A DNA stretch of 64,000 nucleotides from Schmidtea polychroa (Eukaryota), in NCBI GenBank assembly GCA_044892525.1, contig CM097887.1, positions 73,346,001 through 73,410,000 of the forward strand, written 5' to 3'. The notes beneath the pieces are model-generated. The model was not told the origin of the DNA and ran no database searches. It was given only the letters and a program-made list of their open reading frames with translations. Within the stretch, counting starts at the first letter, position 1. Every line of letters begins with the position of its first letter. Position numbers and translations under genes: made by a program. Positions 10,881-24,368 of the stretch are shown piece by piece.

Positions 10881-12363
10881 TCATTTAATCTGGATGTTTG
10901 CTCTTAGAGTATCTTTTAAATTTATAATTTGACAAAAAATACCATGCGATTCTACTAAATTCAAGACTTTTTCGAAATCCCTTAAAATTTTGAATATTTT
11001 CAAATCAGCAATTTTTTTGCTGACTAAATCTCCGTTAAATGATTGCAGAAAGATCCAATTATCTTCAAGAATCGATGTAATTTGTTAATTGTATCGTCCA
11101 ATCAAATTCGAATACCAGCTGAAAAGTTCTGTGACACTATATCGAAGTCTAAAATTAATAGGCCATTCGAATTAAAAATTCCGGAATTTTATCCATTATT
11201 TTAAATAATTCAAAGTTTTTTTAAATCTATTTTGCCTCTCGTATTCTTCTTTAGTGTCAAACAGAAGATCTATGCTCTCACAAATTACCAAAGACCATCG
11301 CAGTTTTATTTACATATAGTATAATTTTATTTGAAGAATATTTTCTATTTTCAATCGAAAACATGGAATATTAGCAGTGAGTTGATTGACATAATTTATG
11401 TTTATATTATTAAATAATCTTGCATATTTTTGCCATATTTCTATGTATTCTATTTTTGTGAAAGCTTTTTTAAAGCAAATCAAGCAATGATAACGGGAAA
11501 TTGAATAAATTACATTGATTTTGGAATTGTCTATAAAATCGATAAATTCTGTCAAAATCGATTTGGTGAATTTCATGGACTCCTTTATCAATTTCAATCT
11601 CTTGATAATCCTATTGATTAGGTCGTGAATAGATCGCAAAACATCTCTATCGGTTCCACAATTGTTCGGCCAGACAGACAACCAGAATTTTAGAGATTAG
11701 AAGCGAAAATGAAAACGTTTGAAATATCCGCTTGATTGACTTTTCACTGTAAATTAAACTCAACCGATCTTTAATATTTGATTCAAAAAGAATCAGTATT
11801 CCATCGGTTAAACAATTCTTCAATAAATTTTTGTTAGTTTTCATGTTCTTGATCAAATTGTTCAATTCGATTTCATTCCGACTCTGCGGTTGAAATCCCT
11901 CAGATGCTTTTAATATAATATTAATTTTCGATATATTTTTTGACAAATGTTATTTATTTCTAATATAGCTTCTCTTGGTAGATTATTCATAAGGTTTTCT
12001 ATTACTTTGACGATAGGGTCAAATAACCGCCTTATTTGGTTGTTTGTATTTGTTAGGTTTGTCAATTTAAACAAACTATTATTATACATATTTTGGTAAT
12101 AATTAGTTGTTCTTTCTGGCTAATAATATTGGTTATGAAAAGCTCAATACTTTCAATGTGCTTAGTCTGTGGTTTGGATGCCAATATTGCAATAAATCAA
12201 TTTTTGATCTATCCAAGGGACAGGAGTGGTTCTCGATCACCCACAATTCGGTGCACGTGGAACAGAATTCATGTTTGCAAGTTTTGAGAATGGTTTTGTT
12301 TGTTTTATTGAAATTCATTAAACAAATAAAACAATCAAATTTATCTGTTTGTATCATTATCAC
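10881..12363 (-). pseudogene. frameshifted paralog of the 6115-7740 RING gene
   Basis: CFIC..CKHEFCSTC..W..CPLDRS; IELFITNII vs IELFITDII; LMNNLPR vs LLTNLPR; RLRYSVTELFSWY vs QIRYKLIEWFSWF; several frameshifts and stops. Confidence 0.8.
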
Positions 12364-12734
12364 TTAATGAAAGGAGAATCAGTGCAAATAAACAAATTTT
12401 TTGTTATTTTAAGAAAGAAAAAATAAAATGGGAAAAGTGATTTTTATTGTAATTATTAAAAAGTTTTATCAGTAAAATTATTTATTATTTTTTTCACATT
12501 TGATGTTTTCATTTACAATTTTATTTATTTTCATCCAGATTCTATACTTTATATTTAGCATAAATTTTCGGCATTGATTTATTTTCATTTTTAGTAACAC
12601 CTGAAAAAAATTATTTCATAAATGTTAACCACCACCATCACAATCATCAAAATACTTGATGAAATCAACATGATTCTCAAATAAAGATTTTTTTTTATTT
12701 AAATTGAAAATCTTTCTTAATATTTATGTAATTA

Positions 12735-13097
12735 CACCAATCCCTCGCTTTGGGTCGTTTCGTTTTGCGTTTTTTCGTAGTTGCGTCACTGCTGAATTAG
12801 TACTAATTTTCACTGTGTGTCGTTAGATTTTCGAAGTTGCGTTGTTTTGGGTTTGAGTCTTTAATTTTTTTTTCGAAATTTTTTGAAATTTTTTCTTTTG
12901 CTAAAAGATGGCACTTTTGTACTAATTGCGACATGCCATCAAAACTCGGGGATTCCCTTTCTAACTGAAAATCATCGTAATTTTAATACACTTTTATTTT
13001 CACTTTGTTTTGCTAATTTTAGAGTTCACTTTGCGTCGTTTCAATATGCGTCATGTTTTTTTGAAACGTAACTACGACGCAAAGTGAGGTATTGGTG
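12735..13097. mobile_element. MITE with about 25-bp TIRs and TA target duplication
   Basis: TA-CACCAATCCCTCGCTTTGGGTCGT ... ACGACGCAAAGTGAGGTATTGGTG-TA. Confidence 0.8.
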
Positions 13098-13271
13098 TAC
13101 TCATTTTTACATGTATTTATGAAGATTTTCATAATTTGTAATTATTCGTAGAACGGTAAATACTCCTAAAGATGACAAATTAAAGACAAAAGTGCTTATA
13201 AAAGTATGAATATTAGAGAAATTTGAATATGCAAACCTTTGAAAAAAGTGAAAAAATAGCTAATCATTGTA

Positions 13272-15343
13272 CAGTAAGACCCCCTTTAACACGGTGGATA
13301 TGTTCTATCAAAGTAGAGCGTAATGCGAAACAGCGCTAAACGAGGCTATCTTAACATGTAAATAATGGGGTTTGAGGAAGTTCGATAGAAAATTCGTTAG
13401 GTATTAAATTGATTGTTTTTTTATAAAAATAAAACCAAACATTTATTTATTACAAAAATAAATAACAATATAAACGAATATATTATAAAAACAATTAAAT
13501 ATTTAGTCAGTCAGATCATTCAGTCTATTCTGTGTTTCCAACTTCCTGCGTTTTTGTCAAGAAGGCATCTAATGTAGTTTGCGTTTTCCTTTTGCGTTCT
13601 GTCAGAAGTTGTTGATAAGTGGATAAAGCATTGATTTTGAACTCTTGTCAAAATTTGGATTATTTTCAGCAAATTGGTCCATAATTTCAGCTATAGTGGT
13701 CAAACTCCTTTTTACAAACGCCATCGAAAGTTCTTTTTGATCTTCTTCAAAATCACTACTATCAATATTTTTTTTCTTCTTGCGCAGTTAATTCATTGAG
13801 CTCATCATTAGAAAAACTAGCTGCTGTTACTTGAACTATTTCTTCTACGTCTTCCACATTTTTCTCATCTAAACCGGTTTGTTTCGCTAATTCCACTATT
13901 TCTTCAACTATTTTATTCATATCGACACAGTGTCCAATGTCTTCGCTCTTACTTAAATCCGGCCAAATGTTCATCCATACTCTTTCAAAGATCTTTCTGT
14001 TATCACATTCCCAAGAAAGGTTTATATTTGCTACAGGATTCATGACTTTGTAGTTTTTCCAAAATTATCTTATTGATTGCTTCTCTTCTCCGTCTGTTTT
14101 TTCAAACATCTGCTTAAATGTTCGCCTCAAATAATAAGCTTTAAAATTGGGTAAACCGCCTTGGTCTATTGGTCGGATTAAGGCAGTTGTGTTTGGTGGC
14201 AAGAAAACCACTTCGACTGGAATGCATGTTGTTAAGTCTGATAAATTTCTTGGGTGGCTTCGAGCATTATCAATTAATAGTAGTGCTCTTTGTTCTAGTT
14301 TTTTAATTTCGCAATAACGTTTAACAGACGGGCAGAAATGTTCAGTGAACCAATCCCGGAAAATTTTCATAGTTATCCATCATTTTTTATTAGACTCCCA
14401 AATTACAGGTAAAGTTGATTTAGATATGCCTTTCATCGCTCTTGGGGTTTTGGAGTGGTAATTTGAAATCTCCGCTTGCGTTACCATCCAGTAGGAGTGT
14501 TAAGCGATCTTTGGCAGCTTTAAATCCTGGTGCTTGTTTCGCTTCACGGGATAAAAATATTCGTTTTGGCATTCTTTTCAAAAACAGGCCTGTTTCATCA
14601 ACATTAAAAACCAATTCTGGAGGATAGTTTCCTTGTTCAATTATTGTTTTTAATGTCGCTGGGAATTCAGTCGCCGCTTTCGTATCACTATTTGCTGCTT
14701 CTCCTGTAATCTTTATGTTGTGAAGATTATTTCGATGTTTAAATCTATTAAACCATCCTTTACTAGAAACGAAAGTTTCACTTATGTCACTTGCCTCAGC
14801 CTGAATGTAATTAAATATTCTTCTAGCTTTTTCCATTTTGATAGATTGGCTTAATGGCATATTGCGTTCAATTTCGTCGTCAATCCATATAGACAGTCAT
14901 TTATCTATTTCCTCTATAATGTTATTTCTAGAACAGTATCTTTTCTTTATTCTTAAGAATTGTCCTTATTGTTGAAGTTGCCAAATTCAATGCAGCACTA
15001 ATTTGAGATTGACATTCAGCAGAATCTAATATTCTAATCGCTTGCAATTTAGTTTCCAGTGAAATGCTTTTTCTAGTTGCTTTATTTTCTTGTTTTTCAT
15101 TATCACCCATGATAAAAAATAAAGATAATATTTGTCAATGTATTATTCGTCATAGTATTATATCAATTTATACCTACAATAATGTCAACTAATGTTTCGA
15201 ATAATAAAAATAGGTCAAACAACTCCGCACTAAACTGTACTGTTTTGCGGGGAATCCCGGTAGTTCTGCGAGCAATTTCGAGGAATAACCGGGTTGAAAT
15301 AAAAGAGCGCTAAACCGAAGCAACGTTAAGCTGGATTTTTCTG
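13272..15343 (-). mobile_element. Tigger/pogo DNA transposon, degenerate
   Basis: TA flanks; imperfect TIRs CAGTAAGACCCCCTTTAAC / GTTAAGCTGGATTTTTCTG; transposase fragments inside. Confidence 0.9.
13762..15110 (-). pseudogene. Tigger-like transposase (HTH-psq, CENP-B HTH, DDE_1), fragmented
   Basis: RKSISLETKLQAI; SKGWFNRFKHR; VFNVDETGLF; LLLIDNARSHP; FLPPNTTALIRPIDQG split over four ORFs. Confidence 0.9.
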
Positions 15344-16476
15344 TATATGTATCATATGATATATTTCCGGTTCTAATGGCAGTAAGGGAAAGATTTACAC
15401 AGCAAAAATAACAATCATTGAAAATGTTTTTGGACTCACGTCAGATCAAAGGAATACCAAATGACAGAGGTAGTCAGTATTTAACCAAATGAAGAACAGT
15501 TAGTGCAAAAATATTGTTGTGCCAACGTAGCCCCATCTACTTTTGTATCATAATAATCAGCATACAACTTCGAATATGTTCATTAATTGTACATTGCTTG
15601 TTTTTACCAGTATGCTCACCACACATAAATTAAAAAGAAATTAAAGTAAATAAGTAATAATTTTTAAATAAGTAAACTAAAATTTATATTTTTAAAAAGT
15701 AATGTATTTAATATAACATATTTTGAAGAAATTTTGTCTTCTGAGAAATTAAAAAATAATTAAGGTAATTAAATTTTAAGTACAAAATTGTAAATAGTGA
15801 TATTGATAATCAAAAATAATAATAATTTATTTTTAAATGAATTTGAAGCAGCTTTCTCTGAGTTTGCTCATTAAAAACAATGAAAATGAAGAAGATATAT
15901 TATTATCAATTTATTAATTATTATTATTTCAGATAGCAAAAAGTTTGAAAATTCTTTACAATGTCGACAGTTTAAATATGGAAATATTCCCTCAATGCTA
16001 AACATTTTTTTATTAGATCGTTTAAACAACATATTCATTTCTCGAAAATTCTATATAACAATTTTAATTTCAATAATTTTAATTTAAATTTTAGAAGATT
16101 TTAATTTTACGTTTGAAAATATTTTATTTTAATTTCAAATTTTTCCTAAAATTTTAGAATTTTCTTATTATTAGGTTTTTATTTAAATCTTTTGACTGAA
16201 TTTTTTATTCGGCTATGTTGGCATTCAAAGATTTTTGGCTTTCCTTTGTTTGGGCCCAACTACTTGCTGTCAGTTAAAGCTAATCTCTTTTTTTATGAAT
16301 ATTTTAAAAATGTTATCATATAAATATTAATAAAATCAGACTGCATAATCGTTTTTAAGAAATTTAAAAAGTTACATAACTTTTAGAATACTTAAAATAT
16401 AAATTTTAATATTTCGTTTAAATAATAATATTTAAATATTTAAATATTAATTATATTAAATATAGATCATATTTAA

Positions 16477-17763
16477 ATGGAAAACGATAATGAATGTATA
16501 ATATGTTATTCTTCAATGATCAATGAAATGAGTGTTGCATTTGACAATTGTAACCATTCAATGTGTAAGAATTGTGCGTCAGAATGGTTTTCAACCAATC
16601 AAACTTGTCCATTTGATAGAATATTGATTACAACGCTGGCATTTATGGGAAAAAACAAAAAATATATTGTGAAATGTGATGATTATATTCAATTCGTTTG
16701 TTTATCAAATTTGATAACAGATATAAATTCGTTTTCTCAAAAGTTGCCAAGCATGCCCGAAAAGAATATTTTCCTTTCCCTAAATCAAGAAATGACACAG
16801 TCAGAGTTCTTGAATGTTTTAGGAGAAATTGTCTCTTTTTGTGATTCATATAAACAGTTTCATTCTACAAATTCTCTTTTAAACAAACAAATTGATTATA
16901 TATTTAATGAAATGTTTTTGAAAAAAATTGATTGTAAATTCCGATTGAAATTGTTAGTTTACGAATTTAAAGCTCAATACAAAAATCTAATGTTTATAAC
17001 AGAGAGGGAAATTGATCTTTTGAACTTCATTAAAATAAACTTTGATACACAAGTAACACAGGAATGTTTTGACATCGAGTTCCGTAATGAATCTATTCGC
17101 GTTTTAAGCATAGTAGCAGGAAGATTTCAAAAGCTGAAAGAGGAATTCGAATCGTCAAAGTTGTTATTCATTTCTTTATTAGAAAATATTTCCGAATATT
17201 TCACTAATTTTCTTCAAAATTTCATTTCACAAACAGACAAACAAGTCTTGAAATTAACAAACGAAAATAATGAAATTAATTTAATTGCCAACAATTGTCA
17301 AATAACAGAAAGTCAGTTATCAAAATTTGAGAGTGCCTACATAAATTGGGATAATTTTGTAAAGAATGAACAAGCAAAATTGTGTATTCAAGTGCTGGAA
17401 TATTTGTTGGAGACCGCAAGATATGTTATACTTGCAAAGAGTTTATCTCCTATTTCAATAATAGAAAAACATATTACAATGGAATTATCTGTATTTGCCT
17501 TTCATTTATATACATATTATGAATTACAAGCGGAATTTCTTTTTGAAATAGCCAATTTAAATCAGCTTGAATATCTTAGTGAATTAAAAGTTTTAGTAAA
17601 TTACTTCAACCAAAGTATTTTAAAATCTAATCGGCTTCGAAAGATTTTCCTAAAAAGATTGAAAGATATTAAAAGCCTTTTTGAAAGAATGGAATTTGGG
17701 GATAAAATTACGATTGTTCGAAATTTGGTGAAAAATCTTAATTCGGCCGTCCGCGATTTATGA
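16477..17763 (+). CDS. intronless RING-HC (C3HC3D) plus helical domain putative E3 ligase, 428 aa
   Basis: CIIC..CNHSMCKNC..W..CPFDR; long helical C-terminal region; uninterrupted ORF. Confidence 0.85.
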   Translation: MENDNECIICYSSMINEMSVAFDNCNHSMCKNCASEWFSTNQTCPFDRILITTLAFMGKNKKYIVKCDDYIQFVCLSNLITDINSFSQKLPSMPEKNIFLSLNQEMTQSEFLNVLGEIVSFCDSYKQFHSTNSLLNKQIDYIFNEMFLKKIDCKFRLKLLVYEFKAQYKNLMFITEREIDLLNFIKINFDTQVTQECFDIEFRNESIRVLSIVAGRFQKLKEEFESSKLLFISLLENISEYFTNFLQNFISQTDKQVLKLTNENNEINLIANNCQITESQLSKFESAYINWDNFVKNEQAKLCIQVLEYLLETARYVILAKSLSPISIIEKHITMELSVFAFHLYTYYELQAEFLFEIANLNQLEYLSELKVLVNYFNQSILKSNRLRKIFLKRLKDIKSLFERMEFGDKITIVRNLVKNLNSAVRDL

Positions 17764-17912
17764 TTAAAACATTTCTCTTTTATTATTTAGCGTTGTTTGT
17801 TTAATAAATTAAAATTTATTAATTTTTAATAATTAAGTCTACTTTATAGATTTTTTGATTATCAATTATTTATTATTCTTTAAGGGATTTTATTTAAAAT
17901 AATTAAACAACA

Positions 17913-18016
17913 AACATTTCCATTAATATTCATTAAATCTAACACGCTATTTCCACAAATATATTTAATATAAAATCCGAATATTTAAACAAAATAACAA
18001 TCTATATATATCGTCA
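17913..18016 (-). repeat. 3' LTR (104 bp), preceded on the minus strand by polypurine tract AAAGAAGGGGAGAG (18017-18030)
   Basis: Near-identical to 21536-21637; starts TG on the minus strand. Confidence 0.9.
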
Positions 18017-21000
18017 CTCTCCCCTTCTTTAAGAACTGTGATACTCTTTCAGACATTCACTTCTTCTGCATCTTTTCTCATCTGGATATTCTAGTTCAAC
18101 TCGGTTGGAAAACCAAGAATCTTTACAGGACCTTCCAACAAATTACCATGTTTTGATCTCTTATGTGGATCCATTTTTACTAGAACTCTTTGACCTACCT
18201 CAAAATTCCGATGACTTTTCTTATCTGCATCTCTTGATCTCATTTTATCTGCCGCTGCTATAATATTATTCTGTGCTGTCAATAATAATTGTTCTCGATA
18301 AGGATCTATGAATGAATTCCTTCCATGTATATTAATCTTTCTTCCAAATAGTATTTCCATTTTTGAAAATCCCGTAGAATTCTGTGTTTTTGAGTTTAGA
18401 TAATATTCAATTTTTGGTATAATGTCGTCCCAACACCCTCCAGTTCGACCATCAGTCAAAAATGCCACGATCATATTACGAACTGTTCGTATTACCCGTT
18501 TTGCTAACCCATTAGACTTATGATCATATGGCAAAGTAAATATCAATTCGATGTTAAAATTATCAACTAACTCTTTGATTTGGCTTCCCTCGAAAACCTT
18601 ACCTCCATCAGAAACAATGTAAATATTGGTTACGGTTTCTGGTTTCCTTCATATGAGCAATATCGATTACGATTTGTTCCATCGAGTTCATTATTACCCT
18701 AGGAATTAAATACTCAGCTGTTTTACTTATCAAAACTTTCCTTCTCATGCAAACATCACATTTTTATAACATCTCGTATATCGGTTGGACTTATTGCTTT
18801 CGAAATTGATTTTTAAAACTTTATCCATATAAATAATGCCGAGAATATACGATATACTCGTATATTGTTAATAGTTCTTTTCTAGTCACACAATGTCCTT
18901 TCTCGTGAGCACTTAAAAGTCTTGAACCATATGCTATGACTTTTTCATAACCATTTTGAACTTGACCTAGAACAGCACCAATTCCACTAAAACACCCGTC
19001 AGTATCCAAAATAAAGTAATGCATGTTTAAGTTTTCGGAAACTTTCTTCACACATGTAATATCTTTTCCATGTCCATTTATAGCTTCATACAACGGTTTG
19101 ACTATTTCAGCAAAATTTGGAACAAATTTGCGATAATAATTTGCTGATCCCAAAAATGAACGAGTTGTTTGCTGCATTTCTGTATGTAAACCCCAATAAT
19201 TCTCTTTATCATATTGTTATTCGTGGATAATCCTTCTGCTGAAGTTTTATGGCCCAAGAATATTAATTCACTCTTATAAAAACTACACTTTTTAGGATTG
19301 ATCTTTAATCCTGCTAATTTAATTCGCTTGAAAACTTCCTCCAAATTTCTATTGTGTTCTTTGATAATTTTTCTATCAATCAGAACAATATCTAAATATG
19401 CTACAAAATATCATCAAATAATATGTACAGAAGTCTTTGGAAAGTTGCTGGAGCTGTGGATAATTCAAATGGCATTCAATTGTAGGAAAATGTCCTTTTT
19501 TATAGAAAACTCTGTTTTTAACTGAGACACTTCCATATATACCTGATAATATGCCTGCCCCAAGTCTAAGGATGAAAAAACTGAAGATCAGGACAAATAA
19601 TCGATCTGTATGGGGATCTGCCATTGGAAACTGAATTTTTCATTAACTTCATTAACCTTCCTAAAATCTCGACACATCCTGATATATCCTAACCACGACT
19701 ATAGTTGAGTTTTGGGCTTTGGCATTTCACGATAATGCCCATTTTCAATAATTTCATAATCATATCGTCCACTTTTGATTCCATCTTCATTGCCATGCGC
19801 TTATGATTTTGAATTATTGGATTTCCAGTCGTTTTTAAAATGTGTAGCCAAACTAATACAACCTAGATATAAATACATCAGTTCCAGCGCCTTTTGACAT
19901 CGTTCGGTATCACTGCAGCTAACACCAACCGTATCTGAATCTATTAATACAATTTATTTATCTGGCACAAGTTTTATTTTAAAAGCTAAAATCAAATTAA
20001 TTCCACCCACAAACTTATATCACTAACCACAATTACCTTCACTTTCTGACACAATTCATTCCAAACAATTGAAGTGGTAAAGTCACCCAAGCATGATATC
20101 GGCTTATTTCCAAATGCCCCTCTTAGCGCCATATCTAACGGTTTTAAAAGTGGACTGCCACACTTCCTCCATATGGCCTCTGACATTACCGTCACCGACG
20201 CACCTGTATCCCACAACATCTCAATCACTATTCCACACCATTGAACAAAACTCCACAATCTTCCATCCGTCTTCTTGAACATTTCGGTTTAATTAATTCA
20301 ATTTAATTCAACGACTCCACAGACGAAATGTTTGGCATGGAACGTATCTCGTTTAAAGGACGGTCTTTTGCATTTTCCCTATAACCCCTGTAATCTATCC
20401 TATTTCATTTACCTCAGATTTTTACGTGACACCATTCTCAAGGTCTTCATACGAATAAGTCAGATTTCCTAAATTATTTTTTTCTTGAATACAGTGAATT
20501 CTTCTTGTATTATTACTCCTTAATAGACGGCAGTTAGTAAAAAGATGATCATTTTTACCGCATATTAAACAACATTTGTTTAAAGGACAATTGTTCTGAA
20601 TATGGCATGATTCACCACAACAGTAACATTGACCGGGTTTTAAACGTCGCAATTCTGGTTCAGGTAATCCTTTCGCTTTGTTGTAAACTTGTCTTGCAAT
20701 ATGTTTCAAAGAAACCGTAGGCCTATTGGGTCTCTCATTAACCAATAAACTTTCTGAACTTCGCCTTCTTTTAGTATCATGTTGTATATTTTCACAATTG
20801 TCGTAATTTTTTTTTACTGACATACCGGTTTATCTCTAGAACTGATGGTCTAATCAATGGTTGAACGTTCTGCTTTACTGGAATTTTATTCCTTGTTACC
20901 GATGCATACGACGATTATTTCATATCATTTTTCATATCATGCAAATACCTCTGGTGTCTTCTGTATAAATAATATTTTCAAAATTTCCATTCATTTTCTC

Positions 21001-21522
21001 TATTTCTGTAAGAGATACTTCTGGGTTCATTTCAATTGCATCCTTAACTTTTTCTGAATACATACGTCTTGTTACAATATCCTTGACAATCAATTAAGCA
21101 TAGTATGATTTGTGGAAAGAAATTCGGGCACTAATTTCCTCACTCTGATTACTAAATTTCAAACCTTTCGTCCGATCTCTGCTTTATCAAATTCGTGTCT
21201 TCGATATTTTGCAAAAAACTTTTGAATTTTACATATTTTAAAATAAACCAAGATTTTACCTCTTGATCTGAGACTGGAGTCTCTTGTGTTTCCTTAAAGG
21301 CCATCCATTACTCTTTTGCGTGTCCATGTAATAACAAATCGAACGCTGCTCCTAAATTGAGCGAATTTATCGTCACAAATTCTTCAATAGATACAAGCCA
21401 GTCCTTGGCATTTTCTTTTTTTCCTCCAAAAAACTTCATTACAAATTAAATGTTGAATATTCTTTGGCAAAAATTCCATAATTTTCTGTCTTTGTTGTAC
21501 CTCGTCAGAGCTGCTATTTCGG

Positions 21523-21533
21523 CGTGGTCGCCA
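21523..21533 (-). promoter_or_regulatory. primer-binding site TGGCGACCACG (tRNA-Arg-like)
   Basis: Adjacent to the 5' LTR; complementary to a tRNA 3' end CGTGGTCGCCA of the kind seen in eukaryotic tRNA-Arg. Confidence 0.7.
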
Positions 21534-21535
21534 GT

Positions 21536-21637
21536 AACATTTCCATTAATATTCATTAAATCTAACACGCTATTTCCAAAAATATATTTAATATAAAATC
21601 TGAATATTTAAACAAAATAACAATCTAAATATCGTCA
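21536..21637 (-). repeat. 5' LTR (102 bp)
   Basis: About 96% identical to 17913-18016 by eye. Confidence 0.9.
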
Positions 21638-22299
21638 TTGGCTTAAAATAAATTAATAATTAATCAAAGAACGAAGGCAAAGTTTTTAAGATAGAAAATC
21701 GCCATCTAAGTATATTAAAATATAACATTGCTGTATATTTCGACTGTTTAACAGTCTTCTTCTGGTTAAGAATCGTATTAATCACAACTAAATGAAAATA
21801 ATAATATTCAAACAAATCGTAATCAAACTATATCAAAAAGATAAATAGAATTCGAGCAGATGCTGAGTCTTTTAATGTTTGATTATCTTATTGACTACAA
21901 GACACAATATTACAATCAACATATTTCCTGGACTATTAATTTTATCTTCATCTCTTCCCCAACTTTTTAGTGGAATATACGTGATGCGCCCAATAAGTAC
22001 TTGGACTCGATCAGAAATAAAAATTTTATTACAGTCGATTATATTGAAATATGTATAGATAATGAAGTGTTTTTGTTTGGAAAAGAAATTGAACTTCTCC
22101 ATTTTTGAATCAGAAAATGTCGTATAAATTTGAATTTTGAAGTTTTATAAAGTTTCCGCTTTGGAAGAAAACTAGACATCAAGAAATTATTGTACAGCTG
22201 CAATATACTTTGTGAAAGAGAACCAAAGTGGAGTTACTAGGTTAACCTTTAACATTGGTCTCTATGTAAAATCTACTACGAAAATTCCTATCGATCTTA

Positions 22300-22767
22300 A
22301 GCTTAAGTATAGTTTACTAACTGATACATACAAGTCTCACCCGTCATATGATTTTGAAGGCGAGACATGTCAGGAAGAGGAAAACGTTGTTTCAGGGAAT
22401 CTTGGCTAACCCAGTATACTCCATGGTTATCATATTCACCTAGGTTAAAAGGTGCTTTTTGCATTTTCTGTGTTTTATTTCCGCAACCAGTTCAAAGAGG
22501 AATTCAAGGTGTCTTCATTACTATTCCTTGTACAAAGCACAAAGATTTTAATGAATGTGCCAGAAACCATACCAGCTCAGCAGGGCATCGTGGGTCTCAA
22601 TAAGATGCTGAAGACTTCGCGTCAACCATTAGAGATCCAAATAAAGATATTATTTGTCAGATAGATAATTCTGTAAATGAACTATTGAATAAAACAGAAA
22701 GAAACTGTATCCTATTATTTCAAAAATATTTTGCCTCCCCTTAGAAAATTTTCTGCGGTTGCCCATG
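22300..22767 (+). mobile_element. hAT (ZMYM1-like) remnant with TTF-type zinc finger and right terminus
   Basis: RCFRESWLTQYTPWLSYS..GAFCIFCVLF; right end ...CTGCGGTTGCCCATG resembles the 41869 terminus. Confidence 0.7.
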
Positions 22768-23261
22768 TATGAAAAAACTTTTAAATTATGGGGAAAAATT
22801 TATTTGGCATTGTTAATTATTAAACATGATATGAAAAATGTTTTATTTAATTAGGGGAATTTTTTAATTAATTTAGAATTTAGATTGGCAGCAAAACAGC
22901 TGCTCAGGCAAATAATAATTTAATAGTTCTCAACAATTTAAAATATGCTCTTACGAGACATGGAAATATAAGTGAAATTAAGGCAACAATTTTGCAAAAA
23001 ATAATTAAGGTACATATAATAATGATTTTTTAATAACAAGTGTTAAATTTTAACAAGATAATAATATTAATTGTAGGAACATAAAACTATTTATTGAATA
23101 CCACATCTTCGTCTGATATTTTCATTGATATAACTTCCAATCTTGACGGCGTACGAGCATATGAAAAATAAGAATATTAAAGTAACTAGATCATTCATTT
23201 CTGGTAGAGCCTTGCATCAGGATGGTGAGTTGACAGTTTTATGAGTCGAAACAATTTTACT

Positions 23262-23850
23262 TTGCGTCGCATGACAAATCTAACAACCTTGACTGAAAGT
23301 AAATTAATTCAACGAGCGGTTAAATATTTAAAGTATCTTCGGCATCTGATTCAACATTAAAATATTTCTAAAACTGTTTTGATGGATTAAACCGCTGTTT
23401 ACTTTGAAGATATAATAACCCAAATCGTTGATCTTTGAAATAAAAGACATGTTGTTATAAGAAGTACTGGATTTTCATCGATGAGAATTACCGTTGTATT
23501 GTCAGTATGGGGTGATAGTAGAAAGGCGCCAAATTTAGTTATTTAAATATTCAAAAGCAAATACCGGGATTTCGCGATGGAGTGGTCCTATTTTATACAC
23601 GACGCAAGAAAGGGCGTGGGTAGATCAAAACTTGATCATTTCTTGGATCGATACAATATTTCCTTTAATTGACGCTTCAACGGAGAAATGCATAGTTTGA
23701 GATTCATGTAGAGTTCATATTGCACAAAAGGTAAAAAAACATTGCGGGAAAAGGAAGATTGAGTTAATTGTTATACGGGATGGAATAACCCTTTATTTAC
23801 AAGCAGGTGATATCGGAATATTTAAAATATTTAAAGATAATATATCAAAG
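23262..23850 (+). pseudogene. pogo-family DDE_1 transposase remnant
   Basis: LRRMTNL..LMD*TAVYF..STGFSSMRITVVLSV..QERAWVD..DSCRVH..GITLYLQAGDIGIFK with stops and frameshifts. Confidence 0.7.
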
Positions 23851-23997
23851 ATCATAAATACATAAAAATATTATGACCAAATGGAATATACGAATGGTGG
23901 TAATCCAAACCGCCAAAAAAAATAAGTTGTGAGGAGTTGGGTATTTGATAATGGAATAATATTTCTGGTGGGTTACGGGTGGTTGAAGGTTTATTAG

Positions 23998-24222
23998 TTA
24001 GTGCTGTTGCCAGCGTAACCCAAAATACAACATTGTTTTCCACTTGGTACCCGTCGAGTAATCAACGTTGGTACTGTACCAAGGGTTGAGTACTTGCAAA
24101 AAGTGAGCGCATCGAGGCACTATAATTGTCGAGTACTCTATGGGTTCACGGACCACCGTTAGAAGGTTTGTGTCCGATTTCGTCAGGTCCCTCATCATAA
24201 TTGTTTTCCCAACCTTATGCAC
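23998..24222 (-). CDS. short GC-enriched ORF or exon of unknown function
   Basis: Third of three co-oriented GC-enriched ORFs; no ATG at the predicted start. Confidence 0.25.
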   Translation of the reverse strand: MHKVGKTIMMRDLTKSDTNLLTVVREPIEYSTIIVPRCAHFLQVLNPWYSTNVDYSTGTKWKTMLYFGLRWQQH

Positions 24223-24368
24223 AAACTTTCATTTTCCAGGCAATCATAAACTATACTAGTCATTATTTTATCACTACAAAATGTGCATTATTTTAACAAG
24301 GAACATATTATTTGAAGACTACAACAATACAAAAATATGCTACAAAACACCTAAAACCGAATATAAGT

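Larger units (their letters stand above)
17913..21637 (-). mobile_element. Ty3/gypsy LTR retrotransposon, internally deleted and degenerate, about 3.7 kb
   Basis: Paired LTRs; gag CCHC knuckles (20422-20823), protease LWDTGA (19992-20282), RT fragments (LKINPKKC..FLGH), RNase H (FILDTD..IGAVL..YGSRLL), integrase fragment (18091-18546) in PR-RT-RH-IN order. Confidence 0.9.
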
